A stretch of 64,000 nt of DNA from Lytechinus pictus (Eukaryota). How positions within the stretch are numbered: position 1 is the stretch's first letter; each line of letters starts with the position of its first letter. The notes beneath the pieces were generated by a model that saw only the letters and a program-made list of their open reading frames with translations, was not told the DNA's origin and did no database searches. Below are positions 20,587 through 33,713 of the stretch, piece by piece. The stretch is taken from NCBI RefSeq assembly GCF_037042905.1, contig NC_087245.1:23314001-23378000 (forward strand). Direction: 5' to 3'. The translations under genes were made by a program, and so were the position numbers.

Positions 20587-23287
20587 CGCCCAGACATTGA
20601 TAAACCTGCGTGTGTATATAAATACAGAAGAAGAGAAAGAACGGATAGAGTGAGAGAGTATGAAAAAGAAAGCAGAAAAAATGACAAGATAGAGGGAGAG
20701 AGAGAAAAAGAGAGAAGGGGAGAGAATGATAACAATAGAGTGGGATGTAGAGAGAAACAAGGGAAGGCAGAGATGGGGGAAAGAGAGAGAAAGGGGGGGG
20801 GGGTAGCATTAGCACTGATTCAAACTCAGAGAGATTCAACATGAGCAATGGGATTAGGGTGTCTATTAGTCTACACACTTAAGTTCATTTCTTTTCGAAT
20901 ATTCCGCAACTTGATTTCTGATAATATAAACATTGAAAATAAGGAACATTCTGTAGATGAGACTCACAATTTCCTTGTCCTACTCCTTTCAATTTTCTAT
21001 CCTTCTTTCTATCGATTCGCTCTATTTCTCTTGTTTTCTCCTTCTCTTGCTCTCTGCCTTGCTATGCTTTCCCCTCTTCCCGTTCCCTGTCTTCTCGCTT
21101 GCCCATCCAGCAAAGAGAGCAAAGACCATTCTCATGTAGTTAGTGAAGAGACAGGACAAGAGCTGAGGAGGATATAGAATAACGGAAGGAGGCTATTCAT
21201 GATCGGGGCTGGTGGCTCTTCAATGACTGCAACAGCCCTGATCAAACTTGTGAGAAAATATATTGAGCTATCACAAAGGCGTCACGCGTCTGAAACGCTT
21301 TCGAGAAGTTCCTTCGACGTCTCGCCAGTCTCCTTGGTCTCTAGCGATAGACGTCGCAGGATGATGAAGATGAAACATGTGAATTCACACGAACTGTCTT
21401 GGACTTACAGTCCCTGTGCGCAAGAAGGAGCTCCATATTCAAGGTTAATCTAAAGAAAGCTTCGTCAATTGTTTGCTTTTATGAGCGATGCCATTCCAGC
21501 ATGCTTGTATCTTCCGCGTCTCCCAGGGTTCCGTCTAAACACGAAAGAAAGCTCCCGATTGCGACATATATTCACTCTCGAAAAAATTACAGGCTGCAAC
21601 TGGTGGAAACGTCGACGGGAAACCATGGAGAATTGTTGGGGTCCATCCGAAAAGTCTGTGGGTCATAATCTGTCTTCAATCTCGAACAACCGCACATAGT
21701 CTCCTGGAGACGTCTCGCGGAGATGTCTCGAAGTTATCGTAGAAACAGCTTCACGAAAAGCGGTAATCCTTGTCGTGGTCACAAACTAGTTTTCAGATCA
21801 TGGTACCCCTCCCCCCCCCCTCTCTCTATCTTCTTGTTGGTTTGATATGTCTGTGATTGATTTGTTTAGATCTTGGATGATATTGCAAGACGGAAGTGTT
21901 CCTGTTTATCAGAGATTGGCCTAGCACAAACAGAGACGACTCAAGACGCATGTGATTGGGTTGTCAGGTTGTTGCGAAAAGGGGGCAAATGCGCCTATCA
22001 AAAAAGATGTATTTTGTTTCAAAAGTATAACAAATAATTATTGCTGCATGCTGCTTTATAATACGTTCCTAATTCATTGGTCAGTACAATTTGCCAGAAT
22101 GTCGACACGAACGAAATCATTAAAACAGTAATTAAATGTAGTGGTTATTTTACATATTCGATTTCAAACTGCTGCACTTATTTAGATTACTCTCTGTGTT
22201 CATTGCGTCGTAATCTTTTACACAGCTACATGCGGAGGCAGGTGTGGTATAACTTCACAATTGCAGGGGTGATTGGCAAGGGAGAATACATCATACTTTT
22301 GTGACATCAAATGAAACATAACTGATACATGAATAACATGAACGGCATACCGAGGAACTGCACCCCTGTCTGCAGGAACGCTGCATACGACTGTATGAGA
22401 TGAAAAATAATAATACTGCCAATAGAAGACTATAAATCTATAAGCCATTGTAGAATATTTTACTTTCTCTCTTATATTGTGTAGTATTTCATCGGAATAA
22501 AAAGTTGATGCTGTTATCAACTTCAGAATTGTTCAGCGTTATAGCTTCATTACCCATCGTTGTTCCGAGGTTTCCGCACTTCTTTTTTGTCTCGATAAAA
22601 CAGTGTGATGAATACATTTACCAAATCAATGGAAGGTGTGTACCATATAATTAGAACCAAAAAATACAGACATACTGAAACAAGCTAAGAAAGTGTTTCG
22701 GATGAGGGATGGAGTAAACTTCCTCTTTTCACCATCGGACGATAGGGAGGGGTGAGGAATAACTTCCACACACCCTTTGCCAACGGATGATTTAGGGTGA
22801 GTACATGAACCTTTCCCCCATCCCCTTCACCCGTGGCTACGCCCTGTCGATGCTAGCGATAGATTTCAAGTATCCTCCACGTGGGCTTGAGGCCAATTAG
22901 CTGAGGAGTGTGGAGAGAAATATCGACCGGTGTAAATTGAATCAAGAAATCAATATCCAAAGGATGCAGTCTCTCTCAAAACCCAGCAGTCGTGCAAGCA
23001 CGGCAGCAATATCTCTCCTACCATCTCCAATTATTCCTGACTGTGGGATTTCTTGCACGCGACTCCGCCACCTACCATTATCATCCCCATCTCCTAATTC
23101 CAACCCTCTTTTCAGTTTGATCAATTGATCCTTTGATATTTGTTAAGAATTAGAATTATCATATACCATTATCCTAACCCTTTTCGGCGTTTAATTTCAT
23201 TATATCATTCTCTGTTTCTGCATTCGTATAGGTCTGTCTCTCTTTCTGTCACTGTCTCCTTGCCCTCATCCCCCTTTCGTCCTCCTG

Positions 23288-23440
23288 TTCTTTCTTCTTC
23301 TTCTTCTTCTTTCTCTTCTCATTCTTCTTTCTCTTCTTCTTTTCCTCCTCCTCCTTCTTCTTCTTCCTCCTCCTCCTCCTCTTCTTTTTTTCTCCTCCTC
23401 TTCTTCTTCTTCTTCTCTTCTTCTTCTTCTTCTCCTTCAT
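23288..23440. repeat. (CTT/CCT)n polypyrimidine microsatellite
   Basis: Direct inspection. Confidence 0.95.
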
Positions 23441-26091
23441 CAGCTGATATATATTTTTTTATTTCTTGCCGTGCACCCTCGTTCTCGATGAGAATCCATG
23501 TTTGGCGAAATTGGTATCCTTCTCGGTTTAAAGATGATCATGATTGCAAAGAAGTTGCTGGCGAAGGTAGTCGTGGTGGTATTGTATAGTGTTGGTGATG
23601 AAGGCATTGGCGCTGGCGTTTGTGAGGTGGTTTGGTGATGGTGGTGGCAGTTATGGTCATGATGGTCCGAATGACCATGGAAACAATCATTATCGTGATT
23701 TTTTTTAGGAAAAGGGTGAGTTGGATAAGTTTGCATCAAGTATAAGAGGAATAAGAAAAATACAAGGCACCCAGATATGCCTAATCTACTGTCCAGAGAT
23801 GGGTCATGTAGGACAACAATGCCTTCGATTTTATTAGTTATACAACTAAGCGTCCTTAGGCATATGCGTCACAAAGTCATAGTCAGCAAAAAACCATAAC
23901 AAATCCATCGATTTGTGTTGGTAAAAAGTGTTGCCACAAGCTTACGTAAATCAAGCAATCATTCATTAGTTCTCGATGGTAAAGATACTCCAAGTCATAC
24001 TGGTGGTGCTGAGTGATCAGAGGTCCTCTTGTTTACATAACTGAATCTCCATTGGATTAGTCAATACGTCATCGATCTTAAATACAGTTCATTAAAATTC
24101 ATAACGACAACTTCTAATGCGCCCCTGGCTCTCCGCGGGACATATTTATTTTGACAATTTATTTATTGATGGCGTACTTAATGTTCATTCTGGAATGATG
24201 TCACTAACGGTCAATGTGAGTGTTCTAACAAGATTTACAAACATGTCAAAGGGATCTTCTTACTGACGTACATCTTCAAAGGATACTACATTTTTTCACC
24301 GACAAACTTTTTTTGTATGGAATAGTCCAAAAGCAAAACTACTCTTTTACTCGTTTTTAGTAGCACGAATAATTATACGGCAATATAGTTGAGTTGCCCC
24401 ACTTATACCAGTGTTTTAAGCTTGGTTCATTTTTCGCATGTGGTATTTTGATCAAGTGCGTTATAAACATGTTATGCCCTTTAAGGCATATGATGTCTGG
24501 CTGTGGCGTGCATTAGTTTGGGCTGGTGCGTGTATGCCGGGTATAGCCAATTAACTAGATTGATTTTTCGCGACTAGAACTCTACGGAATAAGTGGACTT
24601 GTTATTTGTCCCGCGGTTAACGTTCTACCGCGAAACGGACTGATAACAAATAAAACAAATGAATTAAGGTGATTGGTACAAGCAGATATAATGTACATGT
24701 ATAGTGACTGAATTCACCCTTGATTAGATTTTTTTCAAACAGAATCAATTTTAAATATGATCTTGTTAATCAAAGAATCATTTCTTATAATTCTCTACAA
24801 ATATATCCATGATATGACGAAAGTGTATCTATCATCACATCACATCACGTCTTTTCATTATGGATGCTAGATTTCATAAAGATCTCAAAGTTTACGTATT
24901 TTCCTTAAAGGTACTACACCCTAAGATTAAGCTGATTTGAATAAGGAAAAACACAACGGCGAAAACATTACCCGAATTGTATGGGGAAAAAATCTGATTT
25001 TTTTTTTCAATAGGGCACACTGCATTGGTAACTTAAATTGAATAAAAATACAAATATACCCGGTTTACCTAATTGGTAGTATTAATTCTCATAAACGTTT
25101 CACTCGATGTGTGTTGTTTGTGTAAACAGGTTTGACGTCATTAGATTAATAATGCTAGGTAGTATATAGCTATGTGGAATAACTTGTATATTGTACAATC
25201 CGTAGGATAGTCCTTACTACATGAAACACCGTGTGAAAGCAGTACTGTATTAAAAGAGAGCGTTGTGAGAAAAAAAAACATGAGGGTCAGATAAGACATA
25301 ATTATATGACAGGACCGAAAAGGAGAGGCCAAGGCCTAAAAGTAAAAAAAAACTTTTAAAGGGAGTGTTAAAATTTAATCAATACATACATCCCTTCCTG
25401 TTCCTCTATAAGAGGTTCAATAACACACGCGCACTGGTCGAAGTACACAAAAACACTCCACACATACGCAAGAATCCATTCTCCTTAGACAAATATTATC
25501 CTCATCCCAATCCCCGAATCTCGGACTTGTGTTCACTGATACCAGTAAATGACGGTAGATTCAAATAAAATACCATCTGCGCATGCCCAGTCCTCTTGAA
25601 TTAAAGACTGAGCATGCGCAGATCAATTTTGATTCTAATCTCTCGCCCTTTTACCTTCCGTCGTATAATGATAAATGTATTAACTGAATATGGGAGCTTC
25701 TGAAATTAACGATGAATTATGTTTTTGACATCTACTGAAGATATGAACATATTGACAAAAAAAAAGACAATTTGGATTTCTTTATTTGCCTTAATTATTA
25801 AAATCTTAAATGAGTTAGCAAGATTGATTTTGAAAACATTAAGAAAATTACATTAAGGCGTTAATATTCCCAAAGTTCCAATAATCATGTTTACAACAAG
25901 GTAAAGAAAGTAACACCGTTTTATCGTGCAATGAAACTGTTTTCATCGAATGATGCTACATGTTTTCCCGTTGCACTTGTATACATTTCATTAAATCTAC
26001 GACTACGGTTTGATATTAAAGGACTTGTAACTGACGTCATAGGATCGATGGTTTGCGAGTGGGGTGTATAAAGGTATTAATGTATAGTTAA

Positions 26092-26684
26092 AGGGGAATC
26101 CAGCCTTTGCTATAAAATGTTGTGTTGGGAAGGAGAAAAATAAATTAAACAGAATGGCGAAAGTTTGAAAGAAATCGGACAAGGAATAAGAAAGTTATAG
26201 CTGCTTTTAAATTGAGATCACTAATAGTATGTAGATTTCAAATTGGCAACTGGGTAAGTAAATTATGACAAGGGGCAAGGACAACTTTCCCATAGGCCAT
26301 GTACTTTATTATCAGGGATTTGTGGTTTTCTCCTAAGTACCCATTCCCCTGGGGCAGTAATCTAAATATAATCCAGGTAGTATATTGTTTTATGTCCTCA
26401 TGAAAAAAAATATAATTTGAAATAAAACTTTTGGGGAAAATGACATTTTAGCCACAATATGTATTGGAGTACATGGAAGAGTAGTCCTTGCCTTACATCA
26501 CTATGACATCCCATATGCGGCCAATTTGAAGTCTCCATGGGTATAATGATTACCAATATTTACAACTTTTAAAAAATCATAACTTTCTTGTTGTTTGTCC
26601 AATATTGTTCAAACTTTCACCTATCAACTTGTCTGATTTTTCTTTTTCTTATAAAACAAGTTTTTATTTGGGTTGGATTCCCCT
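26092..26684. mobile_element. Kolobok-like MITE
   Basis: TTAA TSD (26088-26091, 26685-26688); TIRs AGGGGAATCCAGCC / GGTTGGATTCCCCT. Confidence 0.82.
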
Positions 26685-27912
26685 TTAAAGGTCCAATGTA
26701 ATATGCAGGACCAAATCCACATGGGTAGCAAAAGCCCACCAAAAAAAGCTTGACGTAGCGATAACATCATTTATGAACGTATAGAGAAATTACAATTTTA
26801 AGTTCACCTGGTCAAATTATCGAAAAAAATTGGTCTTTTCCGATTCGTAGGAATATTAAGAAAGTCCTCTTAAACAGAATTTAAATAATATTAAACGAAA
26901 ATTATATACATAACGGTTAGTTATGTTCTGGATAAATTTGAAAAACATTACTATTCTAATTTTTATATCACTTCACTTCTGTGGGGTCTCATTTAAACCT
27001 TTTAAATTCACACAATTCGGAATATGAATTTGTATCTACTATTTTCCAACAAGAGAAAAATAAAATTACTGAAAACAAAGAAAATTACTATACAAGTATG
27101 AACTATTATTTTTATCTAAGAGCAATCCAACTGTAAAGCATGAATGCAGTCTACAAGTATATAAGGAAATTTGGGAAGGTCCACTAAAAGTATTGTTTGT
27201 AAAATGTAAACCCCATCCTCGAAAAATATTCTACTGGTAAAGATTAACCAATATATTCACCAGTGTTCACATGCTTCGCTCTAAGAACTTGGTAATCCTT
27301 ACCAAAGTTCATCCTTGCACCCAAACGTTATTTCAAGAAATTTCTTTTCATCTTCAAAGCTCGTATATTCTGCAACACTATCTGATTATCTGGAGAAGAT
27401 AAAGTACAACATGGCGGAGTGTAGGTCATAAATCACGTAAGCTTTGGGACAGCCGTGCTACAACATGACGGATGGACTGCTCATATCTCTACGAGCCGAC
27501 TTTATAAATGAATTTACGAGTTCCTTCTCCAGACTCAGTGACATTCCTATTTTCCTCGTCCGCCAACTTCCAACTCCTCTCCTCACTCCTCCTCCTCCTG
27601 CTCTTTCTCCTTCTCTACCACCACCTTATCATCCTCTTGCTATACGTTTTTCCTTCCTCCCTTAACCCTCCTCATAATAACTAAATAGTAACCGTAAAAT
27701 TGTCTCTACCCCCTCACTTTTATGAAATACTTGAAATATTTCTCGTTGCTTCGTCATAACTATTTTTTGCTTGTTATGTTATTGTAAAGTAATGTTAACA
27801 TGTTACTGCTTCAGTGCATCTTTACAATGGAAAGTACTACGATACAATCTTTTTTGTGAATACAATTTCCTTTATTTACAAAAATTAATGCCAATTAATC
27901 TGCCCCCCCCCC

Positions 27913-27944
<32 letters not shown>

Positions 27945-30900
27945 TGATAGGAATAATGAAGAGAGGTCAAGAAACCATTAAAGCATAAGGCCGCGCTAGG
28001 GCATTTTTAATAGGGGCAACATAAATCAATTTGAAGAATATGGATTTCACATAAAGGAACAGGATACAGATCCCTCTTTTGTATAGACTTCTTCTGTTTA
28101 ATTTAATTACTCTTCCTGGTGTTTTTTTTTCTTTCTCCCCTTTCCTCTTTTTTCTCCTTTTCACTAAGTTGAAATATTCCGTAGTGCAGTTCCTGACAAT
28201 TACATTATTTTTGATATTCACAAGCCCCTTTTATTTCAAAAGACATACAAAGAGAGATGGAAATGCGTGGAAACAATATCAGAATGAGGGTGATTAATTG
28301 CCCCTGATAAATTTTCATAACCCGCGGTATACCATGCCGAGGAAATTTCTGTACTGTATACATGGTATACAAACACGGACGGCTTGTATACATGTACATA
28401 TATATTTTCATTTATTATTAAACTTCCTCGAAGCAGTTACCATCAAATCAGGCTGGGTTTCTTTTAAGGAATTAAGGATGTCTTATAAATATATATCAAA
28501 TGAACACGAAAATTGAAAGAAAAAAAAATAGATTTTTAATGTGTATTGAAAGCATTTCGACGTAAAGTATAAAACGATGAAAATCAGGTTTTGTTTAAAA
28601 CATTTTTCACTAACCATGATCATTTTCTGCCAAATTAAGAAGTAATGAAACGCAACAATGCTTTAGGATGGGCTTACTCTCAAGGTGCCAATATTCCGAG
28701 TGTAAATATTGTGGCTTGACCACGCTATAAAAATACAGCCTGTCGGAAAAGGTGTCTTTTCAATTAAAAGAGAAGTAAATTTGTGTATGTTCCTTCATTA
28801 AAATTGTCTCGTGATGCCACTTAGTGAAAGTATTCTCATATATTTGGCTTTGATGTTTCTGTGCTTCGGAGGGTATAATAAGGTTGATTGTTTAAACATG
28901 GCAATTCAAACAACGATAGGTGTGATAAATGCTGAATTTCTAAACCCTGCATGCATGGAGGATACTGCTTCGTGATAATTGCTTAGGCTCAACACGAAAG
29001 TACGTGCACTCAACTGGTATAACACCCCGGCCTAGATATGAATTCAGTCAATCTATTATGGGAGCGCTTTAATTGATTCTATTCAATATAAAAATGGCCC
29101 AAGCCTGTTATCCATATAAACAGGGCGAATAGAGTTGAGGGATCATTGATATTGATACGTGTGCACTAAATTATTAGTAAGCCCTCTTACTTCGGTTGAT
29201 CATCGTTTCTAATATTGTGGATATTTCCCATTAAATCTCTAATCAAATTTCAAGCCTGGGATCAGCTCTCAGCTAGTTCATGTATTTACAGCGTACTTTT
29301 AGGATTCGAGCTTCATTCATCCTTGGAGAGATGGGATATTTATAGAAAATAACTTAATTCTTTTAATCTCATGATTACGAAAGCATTTTATCGATTAAAG
29401 TGATGACGTTCGTTGTAATTAAGAGGAACAAGCAGCTCATTACTACATAAGTTTACTTTCGGTCATTATGGATATAAAGCTCGGATGATATACATAAGAT
29501 GGATGGAGAGAGAAAGAGAGAGCTAGGGGTGATTGAAAGAGTTAGATAATGATAGACAAGTTGGAGGGAGGGAGATGGTTGAGGAGGGACAAAAGAATAG
29601 ACATAAAAATAATGTGCTTGATTGTGCGTGTCGCATGTATTTAAAAGGCTTCTCAAAAATGTAGTCATTTAAACATTCTTATTTGTTTTCAGGGTTTATG
29701 ACAACAGAAAAGTGTTTTTTTTTTCATTGTCTACCCTGCTTTTACAGACGGCGTTTTTTTTAGGGGGGGGGGGGTGAGTCCATATCGAGTTTTCGGGGGA
29801 AAATCGTTTGGAAATAATCAGTTATGAGTACGGTGAGGAATGATATTCTGATTGGACAAAATGTTTAAAAATAATAATAGCTTGTCAATGTCTTTTTGTA
29901 TCATATCTTGTTAATTTTGTTGTTAACTTGGTTAGGACACAGCCCAAAATCAAATTGCTTGACATCCATCCCTTTCCATTGATAATCAACAATAACCTGT
30001 ATGAGTGTATCCATGCTCCTGGTCGCCATCATGGTGATAAACACTACAAACATGAAATAACAACGTTTGAAACCCGTACATCAATACACACCTGCTAATA
30101 TTCTTGTCTGTTAATTTGACTATTCCGCTTTCTTTTTATCAGAACATGTATAGCGAGATCATGAATCGAACTCTGTCGAAGATATTTTGACAATCGTTTC
30201 TCATCTTAGCAGACGTTGCTCTTATTTTGTCCCCAATAAACATGATTATACAATAGTAATGCTCCACTCTCAGAAGTGAACATGTATAATTCATTTATTC
30301 AATGTACTTATTTTCACTGATTAAGATAATTCTTTACACGTGATTTACAATGCTACGATAATAAGAGCAAGAAAAAAAGTAAAGTACGAGAGTATAAGAC
30401 CAAGGAGCTCATTGATAAAACGAAGATCCACAATGCACCCTATTCTACTTCTACGGTATTTTCGTAATATAAAAATTGAGTCTTTTAAACTAATTTCAGT
30501 CAGTGCCACTACTCGACCCATCCTTTGCTTCTGCAAATAATTTGCCCGTCTCACATCTTTTAAATCATAACTTCTCGGCACTAAACATGGGATAAAGGTA
30601 AGGGTTGTTTGAAATGTTTTAATTCATTTGCCACATCTATGTTCGATATAGAGGCGGTGCTACATTGGGATAGAGTTAACATGGTGGTGATCGCCTCCTC
30701 AGTGTGAGTTTTCAATTAGTGGGGGAAAATACGAGAACGAAATAAAAAGGCGGAGAGGGGGAAGGATCGAGTGCATCAAAAAGAGAGATATAGGTCTCGT
30801 AACTCTATTCATTTAGAACAATGGGTCTTGCCCCCCCCCTCAAAATACACCAGCGCCGCCCTTTTACGTTGTAGCCAGTAAATAGTTATACTGTACGACA

Positions 30901-32407
30901 CCATAATTATACTGTTATGAAACCTGTGAAGTCTAGCGGAGGAAAAATGTTTAAAAAATCATTTTTTGCTGTACATTGAAATAATTCTTCCTCATTTTGT
31001 TTGTTGTGTTAAAGAGCTTGATGAAGAAGACCTTGTAATGAAAGGAACACACGTGCTGACATATACATAACGAGATTAGCACGTTCCCAAACTCGACTCT
31101 AACTCAATCAATTTGCACACGTTATAAGACACAGATACTGTATAAAGAGAAAATCTAAAGGAGACGGAAAGAGATGCAAGCAACATGGCACGAAAAGAGA
31201 TATATATAGAGATAGAGATAGAGAGAATAAGTCTAAAAAGTGAACAAATGGAAACTCAGACTATTTATGTAAGCCAATGTGAGAATATAAGAAAATATGA
31301 TAACGAAGAGTAGCCATTTTGTGGTGTATTGATTTTTAAAAGAAAGAATTCTTAAACACATACACCTTATTAACACAAGCTGGGGAAATCTTGGTGATAA
31401 ATAATTGTTAACAGAACAAAACTATAACTTCTATGGAGAAGAGGTGGAAATAAAGGAGAGAAGGGGAGGTATGGGAAGGAGTATTTATCAGAGAGAACGT
31501 CTCTCTTTTTTTTTGGGGGGGGGGGAATTAAGACGTAGATTCACTCAAAGACAGAGAAAAAATATAGACAATGTCAGAGCAGTGGGGAGGTGGGGGAGGG
31601 GGGCACATAGCGAACAAGAAGTAAATAGATATCCGACACGAATGAAGGTGGCATTCATGGAGCAAAAACGTGCCTACGATATGTGTACTCTAATTTGGTC
31701 CACGGTCTATCGCCAACTGCACACAGAGCTATGAATATGCGCAGTTCTGTAGCCAGTGGAAGATAGCTCTGTTAGCTGTATGATAACCAGTGTTTCTAGA
31801 ATAGCTGACCAACGATTATTACGTTTGACAGTCACTTGAAATGATGACAGATAGCTGTTACTTTACATTCAAATAGATTTTACGTAAAATATAAAAGACA
31901 TTTAGTCATAATACCTTGTTTGAAAAATCGAAAGGAGAAAAACCTCTATTGGTTATCTTATTAGGGTCTTATGCATTATTGCCTAGTCCCTTTCTGCCCA
32001 GGGCACTGGGAACTGGTTTGGAAAAAAACGAATGTTTTCACTCCAAAATGTTTGGAAGGTGATTTTAGACAGGAAAAAATTGACAAGCAAAAAAAAGGGG
32101 GGTTCGCACTGTGGTGACACGACAATTGCTCCGGGCTTTATTTTGTCTAAGATATAGAGTTAGGGTTAGGGTTGCTATAGGGTTTTATTTTAGGTTTATA
32201 TAGAGTTAGGTTTAGGATAGGGTATAGTGTTCAATCTAGGGTTGAAGTTTGTGATTTCTTTAGTATGTGGAATTTACAGCGTAGCAAATGTTTTGGAACT
32301 CGCACTGAAGGTGATTTGAGTTAAATGTCTGCCTGTTAGCTTACCAACCTGATTTTCAGGGGGTGCTGGTTATGCTGCATAACACACGCAGCACCCCCTC
32401 TTCTAAG

Positions 32408-33713
32408 CAGGGTTGTTGATTTTTTTTGATTTTTTTTTTTAAATAAAAAAAATCTGATTTTTTTTTTATTTAAATCGGATTTTTATGATTTAAATCAGAT
32501 TTTTTTTTTTTTTTTCCAACGAAAAATAATGGTCACACTTAACAAGTTTTAAACTATATTTAAACTGTTTTACACCAATAATAGTGGTCAAGTAGTCTTT
32601 TGAACATTGTGTATTGTACTATTTGACACAATAATCCACTTATATACAGGTAATTATTAATTTTTTAATTTTTATTTGCATTATAGAGAGGGACATTTTA
32701 TGGAAGCCCAAGTAATGTTATGTATTATGTATACATTTAAACTCTTGAATTTTTTATATCAGTCAGTTCAAAACATCCGAAGTGTTACTCCAATGCATGA
32801 AGTACTCAAAGAACTTGAGAATTTCCAACAAAATTGACATTATTAAAGGCCTGTTAGGGTTCCTATACTGCCCTTGGGAATTCTAGCTGGGAATATTTCC
32901 TAGAATTATCATATGGGGGATTTTAGCTAGGAATATTTCCTAGAACTATCACATGGGGGACTTCCCAACTAACAGCTGGTAATAGCTAATAAACAAAGGG
33001 TTTTGCAGCTTTTGTGATGCATGAATAAGCATCATGTCTGGAAGAAAATCAGACCCCATTTGGTACTTTTTTGAGAAACTGCCATCAAAATCTGCAACTG
33101 GATGCAGAGCAAAGTGCAAACTATGTGGTTTTGAGTTGATGGGGATTGTGAAGCGGATGAAAACACACCATGAAAAGTGCAACAATGATCGACCGGATGT
33201 TGCCCAAGATGACCATCAGCATCTTTAGCATACACAAGGTAAATTCTTTCTCTTGGTTTGTTAGCTCATTTGAGTTGAAGGCTGGAGTAAACTTTTTACA
33301 TTTTCTTTCCTTATCCAAGTTGTGGACTTTGAGCACCTTTCTAGATTTTATATATTATTTTATTGAAGATTTAACAGTTTGGTGTACATACAGAGAGTTA
33401 TTTATCATTACTTCGTTAGAAACTTGTTGTTTTCATCAGTTTTGCTTGTTTTACAATTTGAAAATAAAACAGTGGTGTTAAATCAGACTCCATGAGGGTG
33501 TATCATTCTTTTAAAGTATTTCTAAAGCATGTGGAACAGAAATGAAAATGATTACATTGAAAGTATCTGTTAAGAAGAAGAGAAAATAGAGAAAACTAAT
33601 TTTTTTCATAAAAGTTGATTTAAATCAGTGATTTTTTTGAAAAAAAATCAAGTGATTTAAATCGCGAAATAAATCATGATTTAAATCGACATGATTTAAA
33701 TCAAACAACCCTG
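32408..33713 (+). mobile_element. hAT transposon internal-deletion derivative retaining a BED zinc-finger ORF
   Basis: Perfect 8-bp TSD CTTCTAAG (32400-32407, 33714-33721); TIRs CAGGGTTGTTGATTT / AAATCAAACAACCCTG; subterminal GATTTAAATC repeats; ORF 33034..33228. Confidence 0.92.
33034..33228 (+). pseudogene. Truncated hAT transposase N-terminus (zf-BED)
   Basis: MSGRKSDPIWYFF...AKCKLCGFELMGIVKRMKTHHEKC has the W-x-F-F, CxxC and HxxxC BED pattern; no catalytic domain follows. Confidence 0.8.

Noticed and set aside
21199..21760. GC-richer overlapping short ORFs upstream of the ColQ-like ATG
   Set aside because: No domain or consistent splice pattern; recurrent GAGACGTCTC-type motifs suggest a repeat remnant.
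23140..23739. Ser/Phe-rich and Lys/Arg-rich ORFs
   Set aside because: Translation of the (CTT/CCT)n tract.
32158..32245. Interstitial telomeric repeat
   Set aside because: Only two perfect TTAGGG units in a degenerate tract; more likely part of a small repeat.
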